The notes under the pieces: generated by a model | What the model saw: only the letters and a program-made list of their open reading frames with translations | Database searches by the model: none | Told to the model about the DNA's origin: nothing | In this document: in pieces, positions 27,047-36,933 of the stretch | Numbering within the stretch: the first letter of the stretch is position 1 | Layout of the letters: each line of letters opens with the position of its first letter | Made by a program: the position numbers and the translations under genes | Source of the DNA: a virus | Lineage: Duplodnaviria > Caudoviricetes | IMG/VR virus record: IMGVR_UViG_3300031993_000007 | Length of the DNA: 64,000 nt | Strand: one strand, 5' to 3'

Positions 27047-27238
27047 ATGTCTGAATACCAGACTCTCGTGGATTCCATAACAGATTTCGCCAATAAAATT
27101 GTAGAGTATCTAGGTACAAAGGAAGCTATCCTAGATGTCATAGATCTGCATGACTTGATGATAAATGAGCCAATTAGTCGTGTAGAGCACGGTATTTTCG
27201 ATCAGCTTCATACGCTGTATTCAAAAGCTATGCAATAG
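27047..27238 (+). CDS. Small hypothetical protein
   Basis: ORF in the operon orientation. Confidence 0.45.
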   Translation: MSEYQTLVDSITDFANKIVEYLGTKEAILDVIDLHDLMINEPISRVEHGIFDQLHTLYSKAMQ

Positions 27239-27262
27239 ATATATTACCTTTAGAGGTTTTAT

Positions 27263-27661
27263 ATGTTTAAATCTATGAACGAAAATAATTTTGCGATGAT
27301 TTTCAACCGTTCTTTGGTGTCTAACGACTTTTCAGTCTTTAATCCAGAAACGTGGAAGTACGAGTTTAATACCGTTGGAAAATTCCTTGATAATTTCCTG
27401 AAGACTGTTGACAAAGAAGCTCAAAAAAATTTTGAGTACTTAGTTATTAGTAGACTTGGAAGTATAGAAAATATGGAAGAAAGACGGACGGCTCTTTCTA
27501 GAAAGATGGCGGCTTTCTTTATAACCAATAAACGCCGAGAAATCTTAAACATCATTGAAATGTATAATTTGCTATTACCTTACAGCGATTATGACGAAAA
27601 CATGTCCGAACGAAGCTTGTACGAAACCTTTAAATTCTTATACCAAGAGATTATCCAATGA
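27263..27661 (+). CDS. Hypothetical early protein
   Basis: TATATTA motif and GAGG RBS upstream. Confidence 0.7.
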   Translation: MFKSMNENNFAMIFNRSLVSNDFSVFNPETWKYEFNTVGKFLDNFLKTVDKEAQKNFEYLVISRLGSIENMEERRTALSRKMAAFFITNKRREILNIIEMYNLLLPYSDYDENMSERSLYETFKFLYQEIIQ

Positions 27662-27708
27662 TTTTATATTATAACATGCTGTAATGTTGCAGCTGAAAAA
27701 AGGAACAT

Positions 27709-29043
27709 ATGTCAATATTTGATATTCTTACAGAAATCAGAACTACAGCCGGAGCCGCCGGGAAAAAGGCAGTCCTTCGCAAATATACCAGCAACGAGCT
27801 TTTAAAGAAACTGCTGGTAGCGACCGCCAAGGAAACTGATGTAAGATATGGAGTTAAAGCTCTTGAAACTGTTCCAGTCGGAATTAAAACCTTTGAAGAA
27901 ATTTCAGACGAATTGTTCATCCTTCTCGATGACCTAGCAAACCGCAGACTTACTGGAAATGCCGCTAAGACCGCTTGCAGGAATCTTCAGGCACAAATGG
28001 ATGCCAATGCGCAGTGGATCTTTAGTGGAATCATCGCTCGTAACCTGAAGGTTGGCCTTAGCTCTGAAAGCATTAATGAGGTATTTCCGAAACTTATCTC
28101 TGTCTATAAGGTCTCAAGAGCTCATCACATAAACGAAAAGTATCGTGAAATCATTAGATGCAATCCTCAAGAATGGTTCATTAGCCGAAAGATGGATGGC
28201 ATCCGAACTAACATCTGGTTCGACATGAAAGACAACGTGGCTAGCAATGTCAGGATCTTCAGCCGAGAGGGTACCCCGATCTTGACGTTTGACAATCTTA
28301 AAGAGCCAGTCCTCAAAACCTTCAATGATCCAGATGAGTTCTCCTTCATGATGGAAGATGGTACTTATATCCTTGATGGTGAAACTTGTATCATTGACCA
28401 AGAAGGTAAAGAAAACTTCCGTGCGATTATCAGCGAATGGAATAAGAAGAATCACACGGTTGAACACCCATTCTTCATTGTATTGGATCTTATCACTGAA
28501 GAAGAATGGAACGGAACTTCCACATCTCCGAACTTCAAGGAGCGCCATGAATTCCTTAATAGCCTAAGTTGGGATACCAATTTCATGCGAGTCCTTGAAC
28601 AGATTCCGGTCACAAGTATTGAGCAAGTGGATGCCTTCCAACAGAAAGCCGTTGCAAATGGTTGGGAAGGTTCTATGCTCCGTCGTGATCGTCCGTATGT
28701 CCGTGGCGAGAGCTGGGATATGCTCAAGTACAAAGGCGTTTACGATGCCGAATTCCGAGTCAAGAGTCTGGAAATCAGTGATCAGACGTTCTCAGTTGTC
28801 GGAAAAGGCCAGCAGACTTTCAACTGCGTCGCAGCACTCATTATTGACTTCGATGGATTTGAGGTGCGTGTCGGCGGTGGCATGAGTCTTGAAGAAAAGC
28901 TCAGATGGAAGGATCATCCAGAAGAGGTCGTTGGAAAGCTTGTAACAGTGGCTTATAACGAAATCTTCGTTCTAGAGGATGGATCCAAGAGCCTTAGATT
29001 CCCACGCTTGAAAGCGGTAATTGGAACTAAGCGTCTAGCTTAA
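27709..29043 (+). CDS. lig: ATP-dependent DNA ligase
   Basis: Motif I KMDGIR, ILDGE, WEGSMLR, LKYK and SLRFPR. Confidence 0.95.
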   Translation: MSIFDILTEIRTTAGAAGKKAVLRKYTSNELLKKLLVATAKETDVRYGVKALETVPVGIKTFEEISDELFILLDDLANRRLTGNAAKTACRNLQAQMDANAQWIFSGIIARNLKVGLSSESINEVFPKLISVYKVSRAHHINEKYREIIRCNPQEWFISRKMDGIRTNIWFDMKDNVASNVRIFSREGTPILTFDNLKEPVLKTFNDPDEFSFMMEDGTYILDGETCIIDQEGKENFRAIISEWNKKNHTVEHPFFIVLDLITEEEWNGTSTSPNFKERHEFLNSLSWDTNFMRVLEQIPVTSIEQVDAFQQKAVANGWEGSMLRRDRPYVRGESWDMLKYKGVYDAEFRVKSLEISDQTFSVVGKGQQTFNCVAALIIDFDGFEVRVGGGMSLEEKLRWKDHPEEVVGKLVTVAYNEIFVLEDGSKSLRFPRLKAVIGTKRLA

Positions 29044-29079
29044 AAAAATAAAGCCTACCTTGCGGTAGGCTAGTTTTTT
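29043..29079. terminator. Bidirectional intrinsic terminator
   Basis: AGCCTACC-TTGC-GGTAGGCT with A- and T-tracts between convergent genes. Confidence 0.85.
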
Positions 29080-30076
29080 ATTTTTCTTTCTCAAGTAGAG
29101 CTTTGATAAGACTGTAGACCACTTGGTTTCCGCAGATTTCTGGAACGACTGTATTGGTTTCCTTGGCTTGGTTTAACCAATCAAGCTCGAACCCGATATC
29201 AAAATAATTCAAGATATCAGTTGCAACCGGGATCTTAGAAAAATTTGCATCAGGAACATGCTCGCCGTTCATACTGAAACCTATGGAGATCTTTCCGTGA
29301 TCATTAGTGAGTCCGTAGAACTGAAGATAATTATCTGTCGTGTTTATTCTGAGCGTTAGACTTTCGCCGTTAAAGCGCTCAATAATCGCAGTGTTAATAT
29401 CCTTATTCTCTCGAACGCAAATGTTACGTTCAGCACCAGTAGCTCCATTTGGGAATGTACTTCGACTGTTTATCAGGCTTTCTCGCATCTGACTAAACAA
29501 CGAACTCCCAAAGAATACGACATCAGGAGTGATATTGCCTCGTCTGTAGCCGTAGCTGTTACTTTCAGTGCTTACAGAATCATTAGAATAAAGTCCTTTG
29601 AACACTTCCAAAAAGTTTTCTGTTTTGGCAATGACTTTCTTTTCGGATCCTGCATCGACATTAACAACAGGGAAAGATGACGCTGACAGCCGTTCAGAAT
29701 CAAAAGTACGAAGAACTTTGGTTTCTTCTCGATCTATCTTAAAGTCAACGAATTTTCCTGAATCGATTCTGGATTCCACAACTTTTACTAAGCAGCCTTT
29801 CCAGAAGTTTTGCTCACTCCAGATAGTGTCAAATTCATTATGATCAAACACTTCTTGGCTGTTTAGCTTCTTTCGAACAGACCTTGTAAAGATTTTTCCG
29901 TCTTTCGTTCGAAGCCTTACATAGACTGAGAAGCAGAATGGAACTTCATGGATTTCTATCGTTAAATAGTCCTCTCCTATCTTAGCTTCAGCAAACTTGT
30001 GGATCTTTGTAGTAATATGCGAAGAGAATTTCTTTATAAGATACTGGCTTTCATATTCACGGATTAATCTTTTCAT
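29078..30076 (-). CDS. Hypothetical protein
   Basis: 332 aa ORF translationally coupled to the upstream gene (GGAGGA RBS). Confidence 0.75.
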   Translation of the reverse strand: MKRLIREYESQYLIKKFSSHITTKIHKFAEAKIGEDYLTIEIHEVPFCFSVYVRLRTKDGKIFTRSVRKKLNSQEVFDHNEFDTIWSEQNFWKGCLVKVVESRIDSGKFVDFKIDREETKVLRTFDSERLSASSFPVVNVDAGSEKKVIAKTENFLEVFKGLYSNDSVSTESNSYGYRRGNITPDVVFFGSSLFSQMRESLINSRSTFPNGATGAERNICVRENKDINTAIIERFNGESLTLRINTTDNYLQFYGLTNDHGKISIGFSMNGEHVPDANFSKIPVATDILNYFDIGFELDWLNQAKETNTVVPEICGNQVVYSLIKALLEKEK

Positions 30077-31242
30077 TATACTTCCTCCATTGCAAAGGCC
30101 TTTGTGGAGCGGACAATTTGAGAGGTCAGAGACACCAGAGGTGCAGTGGCTTCAGCTATCTTCTTTGAACTAGACGGGAACAAAGTCAGTTTCCTGTACT
30201 TGTCTGGATTCGCATTAACCACTTCAAGAATCTCTAAGGCCTTCCTTTCAATCGGATCAAGCACTGTGCGAACGGTGCTGATATCCAAGAAGGAAGTCTT
30301 CATGCCTTGTTGATATTTAGAGAACAATCCGTCTCTGGTCAGACCCAAGCTATGATATTCCTGCCAGTGCATATTATACATGTTGGAATCAAAAAGGCCT
30401 GTGTCAGACAGAAGTTGATCCTTCTGTTTATCAGAGATTTTAACTTTGTTGAAGTCCGGGATATCTCTGTAGCGTTCCCCAAAGATATTGCGGAAAGTGT
30501 TAGAGACGCTAACCCGCATCACTGGCTCAACACAATGGAAATCCTGTGCATGAGAACCCATACGCTTAGTGTCCTTAACACTTACGATATGGAATCTGTC
30601 CAGCCAGAAAACATAAGTTCCATAAACGGCAGAAGACAGCTCAGGAATGAACATCTTATCCAGATCAGTTGGATTCATCAAGTCCATTCCTTCTGGATAA
30701 GTGAGGGACGGCAAGATGATATCGCATTGTCTATAGACCGTGTCATAGTTGTAAGCACTTAGGGGTAGATAGTTGCCTTCAGTATCAAAATTGATACTGA
30801 ATTTTCCGTCATCGAATAAACCCCAGAATTCTGCATTAATGTGGAAATTTCCAAAGCAATACCCAATTGTCTCAGCCGAGTTTGGGAATGCTCTTTCTAG
30901 AAAGATTCCGTCAAGACCTCTGTCGATTTCGTAGTTGTCACCACTGAATTCAAACGTTCTCTTCGGAAAATTCAGGTTCAACTCAACAGTAGATCTACGG
31001 CTTTCAGACTCAAAGTTGAAACGAAACTTTCCAAGATATTCATTACGCCTGTCTATAGCTGAAAAGCTTACAAGAAGCTCATGATCTCCGTCATCAGGAA
31101 ATGGCGTTACCTCGTTATTCCTTGCAGACAAGATCTTAGAGATAAAATCTTTGAAGTCAAAACCACAAGACTCAAAATCATCTCTGCTGATCTGAGTTAT
31201 GAGCCTTGGCTTATAGGTGAAGTTATTTAGTATCATAATCAT
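30076..31242 (-). CDS. Hypothetical early protein
   Basis: 388 aa ORF with a TATATTA motif upstream. Confidence 0.75.
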   Translation of the reverse strand: MIMILNNFTYKPRLITQISRDDFESCGFDFKDFISKILSARNNEVTPFPDDGDHELLVSFSAIDRRNEYLGKFRFNFESESRRSTVELNLNFPKRTFEFSGDNYEIDRGLDGIFLERAFPNSAETIGYCFGNFHINAEFWGLFDDGKFSINFDTEGNYLPLSAYNYDTVYRQCDIILPSLTYPEGMDLMNPTDLDKMFIPELSSAVYGTYVFWLDRFHIVSVKDTKRMGSHAQDFHCVEPVMRVSVSNTFRNIFGERYRDIPDFNKVKISDKQKDQLLSDTGLFDSNMYNMHWQEYHSLGLTRDGLFSKYQQGMKTSFLDISTVRTVLDPIERKALEILEVVNANPDKYRKLTLFPSSSKKIAEATAPLVSLTSQIVRSTKAFAMEEV

Positions 31243-31302
31243 CCTTGGGTTGAATATTTCACAGAAAATAATATAACCGCGAACCCGAAGGTTCGCGTAT
31301 AT

Positions 31303-31743
31303 TTAGATTCGCACCGGGAAGATTGTTAGATCTTTAATTTCTACAGTCTTCTCCTGTTCTTTAATGGTTGATTCACGAATAGAGTCTAAGACTTCTATAT
31401 CAGTCGGGTTAAAGACTTTGATTCTTCGTCTATTGAAATTCTGATGGGAGATTGTTCCGCTGCTACACAGCACCAGCCACCAGAGATCAGAAGATCCATA
31501 GAAGTCCTTAGCAAACAGCTCAGGCCTATAGAAGTACCTCTCGTCCACATTGGTTCGTATCAGATGGCTGCTAATGATATTCTGAAATCTCTGGAACACA
31601 AGAAGCGGATTGTCCATGACTACCTTGTCATTTTTGAATAACAGATTCAAGGATAGTTTGGAAGCTGTCCACTTGTTAGACTCTGAAGAGGCAATATTCT
31701 GATCGATATAGACGCTTTCTGCACTATCAATAATTCTTTCCAT
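31303..31743 (-). CDS. Baseplate wedge protein (T4 gp53/LysM-like)
   Basis: YRPELFAKDFYGSSDLWWLVL matches the gp53/tail-X pattern. Confidence 0.7.
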   Translation of the reverse strand: MERIIDSAESVYIDQNIASSESNKWTASKLSLNLLFKNDKVVMDNPLLVFQRFQNIISSHLIRTNVDERYFYRPELFAKDFYGSSDLWWLVLCSSGTISHQNFNRRRIKVFNPTDIEVLDSIRESTIKEQEKTVEIKDLTIFPVRI

Positions 31744-31751
31744 AAATTCCT

Positions 31752-32360
31752 CTAGAATTTCTTGTAGTACATCTGCATCCTTTCAAAGACTTGCCGATTC
31801 CAGTATGTACTCTTGGTTAATGTATAATCAATGGTGCCTTTAGCTTTAGCTTCGTTGTAAGCATCCCAATCAGCAACTTCGTCGAAGAATCTGATAAAGC
31901 GCTTATCCAATTTGGAAGTTCTAACCCACCCACTGAATAAGACATGCCAGAGTTTTCGAAACATTCTCTCTTCAGGAATATTGTCGTAGAAGCTGTCGGC
32001 AATAGCCACAACCTTTACGTTTCGGAATTGGGCATGAAGAACTTTGGCATCAATCATGTCTCTGACCCACCAGCTTCGGTTGATCAAAGGCGTGCCAAGA
32101 TGGATATCCCATTCTTCTCCAACTTTTTCTACAAAGTAATGGAAAGGAACGTCGCCGCTCATTAGATCACTTCGGTAGTAATCGTCTACAGCGGTGTACT
32201 TATAATCGTTATTGCGCTTGAGCCACGGCCTAAATCTGAATGCCTTACTGTCCTTGACCATGTTATGAAACGGAACTAAAAGCCAGCCCGGATCATAGGT
32301 CTCTATAATAAGGTCTTCATAATTCAGCAAACGCTTTGGAGTCTTGTTGAATTGTATCAT
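31752..32360 (-). CDS. Possible amidase-fold (N-acetylmuramoyl-L-alanine amidase-like) protein
   Basis: DVPFHYFV resembles the amidase_2 motif DIGYHF; baseplate context; catalytic residues not clearly present. Confidence 0.35.
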   Translation of the reverse strand: MIQFNKTPKRLLNYEDLIIETYDPGWLLVPFHNMVKDSKAFRFRPWLKRNNDYKYTAVDDYYRSDLMSGDVPFHYFVEKVGEEWDIHLGTPLINRSWWVRDMIDAKVLHAQFRNVKVVAIADSFYDNIPEERMFRKLWHVLFSGWVRTSKLDKRFIRFFDEVADWDAYNEAKAKGTIDYTLTKSTYWNRQVFERMQMYYKKF

Positions 32361-32902
32361 TGGATAGTCACCATAGTTACAGCTCCGGTAGAAGACTTGG
32401 TCAGTCTAGCTCCGAGAGAAGGTGTTATACTGATAAACCCAGTTTTAATTTGATTCAGAATGCTGTCGCAGTACTTTTCCATAAAGTCATCTACCGAGGC
32501 ATTCTTATCAGTTGCATCAAAGCTTGGAAAGACAGTTACAATCATCCCAGCTGGATTAAAGGCTAATGGCGGAAAAGTTATTCCATTAGATTCGTCCCCA
32601 TTAGAAATTAGACCGCCCTTTACAGCTGTAGAAAGATTGAGGTCGAAAGCTTCCTTTGTAGGAGCTGGCAAAAAGTCAAAAGTCGGAAAGGTCAATTTTC
32701 CTTTAAAGGATGGCTCCAGATCTGGCGTTGGAGGAGTGCCGGGAATAGCACCTTCATAAGATAGAGTGATATCAATATTTTTTTCTAGATACGTCTTGAT
32801 TGTATCTTGATACTTAGAGCGAATGGTGTCACCTTCCTTGGCAGGATCTAGATTTTCCAATGCGCTCTTAATCTCTCTAGCTAGGTCTTTTCCTTTCAAC
32901 AT
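32357..32902 (-). CDS. Hypothetical baseplate-region protein
   Basis: Start MLKGKD immediately after the stop of the gp5-like gene. Confidence 0.65.
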   Translation of the reverse strand: MLKGKDLAREIKSALENLDPAKEGDTIRSKYQDTIKTYLEKNIDITLSYEGAIPGTPPTPDLEPSFKGKLTFPTFDFLPAPTKEAFDLNLSTAVKGGLISNGDESNGITFPPLAFNPAGMIVTVFPSFDATDKNASVDDFMEKYCDSILNQIKTGFISITPSLGARLTKSSTGAVTMVTIQ

Positions 32903-32903
32903 C

Positions 32904-33683
32904 TTATAATACCTTTTGTCCGCCCTTAAGGTCGGAGATAGCAGGTTCGCCGCCGTGGATGAATCCTCCAAGCGGACAATTCGGAACGATATTAGGCTTC
33001 CAAAGGATAGCGCCTTTTGGAGTATTGAGGACAATCTCATTTCCAGAAATGGCTAGCTTGTCTCCAATGATGTTTATCGCTCCATCCTTTTTCATTTCGA
33101 TCTTTGCTGCGGAACTCTTAGTCATCACATCGATGGTTCCATTCTTAGAATCAATCTTGATTCCAGATCCGTCGGGAAGCTCCACATAGAACGTGTCATC
33201 CAGATATACATCCTTAACGCTTGTGAAGGAGAAGCCAATCTTAGACCCACCTGGAGTTTCGTGGATCACAGCATCATCGATATCCTTAGAGCGTTTGCAA
33301 CGGTCACCCGGCCCAAACGGAAGATAATACAGCTGCGTTGGATCGCCATCCAGAAAAAACACGAACACAGACGTTCCCACTCTGGGAATAATCCACTCGC
33401 CAAAATCCTTACCACACCGGCTTGCTCGCTTTGCCCATAGGTAGTTGACACCATTTACGATAGCCGTACCAGATACAGCATTAGCATCGTCATCTTTCGA
33501 TGATTCTTTGTCTACAATTAGGATGGAATCCTCTTCTTCGGAAGAATTAGGGATTAGACCCATCACTCTAGAAATGAATACTCCGACCCTACCTTCCTTC
33601 TTGGGATCATTACGATTAAGGACTACGCCTTCCATCAGTCCGTGTAAATTTACACCCGGCTTTAAGTTATTTATGAGACTCAT
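32904..33683 (-). CDS. Baseplate hub/central spike protein (gp5/VgrG OB-fold)
   Basis: GVV...DPKKEGRVGV, IPRVGTSVFVFFLDGDP, and beta-helix-like ETPGGSKI repeats. Confidence 0.8.
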   Translation of the reverse strand: MSLINNLKPGVNLHGLMEGVVLNRNDPKKEGRVGVFISRVMGLIPNSSEEEDSILIVDKESSKDDDANAVSGTAIVNGVNYLWAKRASRCGKDFGEWIIPRVGTSVFVFFLDGDPTQLYYLPFGPGDRCKRSKDIDDAVIHETPGGSKIGFSFTSVKDVYLDDTFYVELPDGSGIKIDSKNGTIDVMTKSSAAKIEMKKDGAINIIGDKLAISGNEIVLNTPKGAILWKPNIVPNCPLGGFIHGGEPAISDLKGGQKVL

Positions 33684-33753
33684 AATTTTCCTTTATTCAG
33701 ATAGATCGAACATCTACATTGAAGAGTTCAACTATGAATCATATAGGTGAAAT

Positions 33754-33936
33754 ATGCCAAATCCGAAATCTAAAAAAGATCTGGAAGATCTTATTAATCT
33801 TTGTAAGGAAGAGAAGTGCGAACTTCAGAGCCTAATCTCTAGATCCAAAGAAAGAATCAAGGAGCTGGATGCTAAGATTGAAAAGGCTTCTAAGGAACTG
33901 AACGGACAGATCGATCTATTTGAAGGACTGATGTAA
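33754..33936 (+). CDS. Small coiled-coil protein with C-terminal QIDLF
   Basis: AGGTG RBS; coupled to the helicase gene (TAATG). Confidence 0.6.
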   Translation: MPNPKSKKDLEDLINLCKEEKCELQSLISRSKERIKELDAKIEKASKELNGQIDLFEGLM

Positions 33937-35204
33937 TGGAGTTTGATCCAAAACAACTTGAAGCCATAGCTGCTGTAAAGCATTGGTTTATTTACGACAA
34001 GACGAACAAGCAATCTTTTACGCTAGCTGGGCGAGCTGGAACTGGTAAGAGCACTATCATCAAAGAGGCCATTACACAACTGGGTTTAGGCCCGGATGAC
34101 GTTGCGTTCATCGCTCCAACTGGTAAAGCCGCTGAAGTGATGCGCAGCAAAGGTATTTTGAATGCAAAGACGCTTCATAAGCTGATTTACATCTTGAAAG
34201 ATGAAGTAGACAAAGACAACGAGAAGATTCATATCGATGGCATTGAAGACATCATTCAGCGTATGAAGAACGGCGAAAATGTCACTTCTGAAATCCATTC
34301 AAAGATCAACAAAGCTCGTGTATCTGCAACGGTAAATCGTCCGGATTTGGAATTCATCTTGAAGCCAGAACTTCCGGGAGAATTCAAGCTGATAGTAGTA
34401 GACGAAGCTTCTATGGTGGACGATCGCCAGATTGAAGATCTTGAAAGTTTCCACGTTCCAGTTTTGTATATCGGCGATCACCGTCAGCTTAAGCCTGTAA
34501 AGGGTTTTAATAGCCGTATTTCTGAGCCTGATTTTACTTTGGAAGTTATCCATCGCCAAGGTGGAGACAGTGGGATCTTGACTCTAGCTAACAGCATACT
34601 GGATTCTGTAAATGGCTACATTCCTAGAAGATGGCAAAACACCTCTGATACTATCGTAATGGACTTTGGAAGTTTCATGGATCGTTTCATCAAGTATGGC
34701 ATCGAATGGCCTGACCAACTTCTGTGCTGTAAGAATGCCATTCGCCAAGCTTTGAATGCCTATGTACGACAGAAGATGGGTTTCACCAAACCCATTCCAG
34801 AGATCGGCGACAAGTTGATCTGTCTCCGTAACAACTACGAGATCGATCTTTATAACGGCCTTCAGGGAACTGTAGAAGAGGTTGATGATATCTCTGAGAG
34901 TATCCTTGGAATCAACTTCCGAAGACAGAATGGAGAAGCATCTTTCATTGCAATAGACAAGAGCATCTTCTTGCCGGGTATTCCTCCAGCGCCAAAGGGA
35001 ACTGACTTATTTGACTTTGGCTATGCCGTAACCGTTCATAAGTCTCAGGGCAGTGAATGGAGAAACGTGTCATACATTTCTGGATTCTTTGGTCAAGAGA
35101 CAAGGTCTTTAAATTATACAGCAGTAACCCGAGCGAGCGAAAAGCTTGTAGTAGTTAGACCACCATCTTCGGCTGAAGTAGATAGACTTCTCTCTTTGAT
35201 CTAA
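33936..35204 (+). CDS. SF1B helicase (Dda/RecD2-like)
   Basis: GRAGTGKS, APTGKAA, VDEASM, GDHRQL, HRQ, TVHKSQGSEW and YTAVTRA. Confidence 0.92.
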   Translation: MEFDPKQLEAIAAVKHWFIYDKTNKQSFTLAGRAGTGKSTIIKEAITQLGLGPDDVAFIAPTGKAAEVMRSKGILNAKTLHKLIYILKDEVDKDNEKIHIDGIEDIIQRMKNGENVTSEIHSKINKARVSATVNRPDLEFILKPELPGEFKLIVVDEASMVDDRQIEDLESFHVPVLYIGDHRQLKPVKGFNSRISEPDFTLEVIHRQGGDSGILTLANSILDSVNGYIPRRWQNTSDTIVMDFGSFMDRFIKYGIEWPDQLLCCKNAIRQALNAYVRQKMGFTKPIPEIGDKLICLRNNYEIDLYNGLQGTVEEVDDISESILGINFRRQNGEASFIAIDKSIFLPGIPPAPKGTDLFDFGYAVTVHKSQGSEWRNVSYISGFFGQETRSLNYTAVTRASEKLVVVRPPSSAEVDRLLSLI

Positions 35205-35232
35205 AAAAAAACGCTAGCAAACGCTAGCGTTT
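35203..35232. terminator. Terminator between convergent genes
   Basis: AAACGCTAGC-AAAC-GCTAGCGTTT with an A-tract. Confidence 0.75.
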
Positions 35233-35233
35233 A

Positions 35234-35770
35234 TTATTTGCTTATCATCCGTCTAGTTGACTCCGGAAATAATTTCGGATACTGTAACGGATTGGTTCGT
35301 ATTTCCTTAGCAATCTCGTCTGTTAGCATTTTTCTAATTTCGTATCCATCAACTTTTGGATTTATAAAAGCTCTGGTTCCATAATTTATAGCTCTGGTTT
35401 CATATCCATCAATTTTTGGACTTGTACAAGCTAAAGCGTTTATGATGTTCTGATTACGAAATAACGAGGCCAGCTCGGATAGTTCTTCCTTTTGTAAAGT
35501 ATGATTTCCGTATCCGCAGTGTAAACCTACAGTCTTCATGCCTTCTATAAGAGGAGTCAACTTCAGGTTATTGTCAGATCCGGTAGACCCATAGTACACA
35601 TCTATAATTAGCCCTACGACATTCTTTATTTCATTGGCCATCAAAATGCCATCCAAGATGTCTTTAATGCTATCTTGTAAGCCTTCTTCTATTTCTATCT
35701 CCATTTCTAATTTTTGGGATTCTTTAGGAATTGAATTTTCTAAGGCTTCTTCGATCTCGTTGCTATCCAT
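35234..35770 (-). CDS. Orphan family protein (I-x-x-D/N-P motif)
   Basis: Operon of overlapping small genes; EIRTNPLQY. Confidence 0.7.
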   Translation of the reverse strand: MDSNEIEEALENSIPKESQKLEMEIEIEEGLQDSIKDILDGILMANEIKNVVGLIIDVYYGSTGSDNNLKLTPLIEGMKTVGLHCGYGNHTLQKEELSELASLFRNQNIINALACTSPKIDGYETRAINYGTRAFINPKVDGYEIRKMLTDEIAKEIRTNPLQYPKLFPESTRRMISK

Positions 35771-36194
35771 TAGTACCTCTATTCAAAACGAAAGTAGAGA
35801 AATTAGGAGCAAGACGCTCGAATTTTATTGGATCTAATTGGATGGCTTTCATGAGGTAGTCAATCATGGCTTTGTTCGCATGAGTAGTAGCTACTTTGTG
35901 ATACAAAGCTAATTGCATTCCTTCTATAGTATTAAAGAAATCTATAATCATCTCTGCGTCGGCTTTACTTATAAATTTATTGCCTATTTGAGAGATTGCA
36001 GGAGACTTTGGACTACTGATAGATCTGGTGATTCCCACGGTAAATACTTTCCAGTAAATATCAGCTAGTCCAGCTATCTCCTCAACGATTTCTTTTGGTT
36101 GATCTAAACGAACATTTGGATTTTCCATTAGGCTTTCTCCGAAGAAGTCATGTAAAGAGCTGCCAAGGTCGATATCCTCGGGACATTCATCCAA
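35763..36194 (-). CDS. Orphan family protein
   Basis: AIQLDPIKF; start may be the internal Met MENPNV. Confidence 0.65.
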   Translation of the reverse strand: MDECPEDIDLGSSLHDFFGESLMENPNVRLDQPKEIVEEIAGLADIYWKVFTVGITRSISSPKSPAISQIGNKFISKADAEMIIDFFNTIEGMQLALYHKVATTHANKAMIDYLMKAIQLDPIKFERLAPNFSTFVLNRGTNG

Positions 36195-36559
36195 TCAATA
36201 GGATTAGCTTCAATATCCTTGAGAATAGCGTCTCGCATTATGGCCATAGCTGGAGGATCTATATTCTGAAGTCCTGAAGCAGCCTTGAATATCTCCAAAG
36301 CTACTTCAATCTTTCCAAAAGTTAGTTCCCATGCTTTCACAACAGCATCTACAAACGACTTGGAATAGTTATATGGCTCTAACATCGTAAGATCTTTGAG
36401 ATTATCATCTTTTAAAGATCGATTGTTATCTCGGAGATTCCGCTGAATCAGAATCACTGCCTTGATAAGATACTCAATTTCTTGGATAGCCAAGTAAGCT
36501 GATGCATCTATCTTAGTATTCTCTTTTAAGTATTCTTTTCTAGCATTCTCTTCTGTCAT
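36128..36559 (-). CDS. Orphan family protein
   Basis: DIEANPIDW; ATGA overlap. Confidence 0.7.
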   Translation of the reverse strand: MTEENARKEYLKENTKIDASAYLAIQEIEYLIKAVILIQRNLRDNNRSLKDDNLKDLTMLEPYNYSKSFVDAVVKAWELTFGKIEVALEIFKAASGLQNIDPPAMAIMRDAILKDIEANPIDWMNVPRISTLAALYMTSSEKA

Positions 36560-36933
36560 TTTGTTGAATCCTCTATAAAGAATTTTGCTATGTCAATGTA
36601 AACTGACCATTCAAAAGGTCTGATCAGCACATCATTAACCACAGCTTGTGTCAGGTAAGTAAAGAAATTAGAACAATCTCCGGCCTTTATCAATGCAGAG
36701 AATAAGAAGCCAGCTACAAAACACTCAGTTCCAACAGAAGAGCTATTTTCTAATTTAAGAAATCGAAGTAACTCTTGCTCTATACTTCTTAAATACAAGA
36801 ATGCGGAATTGTAGTCGCTACAATATCCTGCGGTTCTTTCCTTATCTATTTCTAAAAACTTTCGAACAATCGAAGCGCACTCTAAATAGAGCATCGCCTC
36901 GGCTTCTTGTTTAGATAGATAATCAAACGCCAT
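36556..36933 (-). CDS. Orphan family protein
   Basis: DVLIRPFEW; overlapping operon gene. Confidence 0.65.
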   Translation of the reverse strand: MAFDYLSKQEAEAMLYLECASIVRKFLEIDKERTAGYCSDYNSAFLYLRSIEQELLRFLKLENSSSVGTECFVAGFLFSALIKAGDCSNFFTYLTQAVVNDVLIRPFEWSVYIDIAKFFIEDSTK

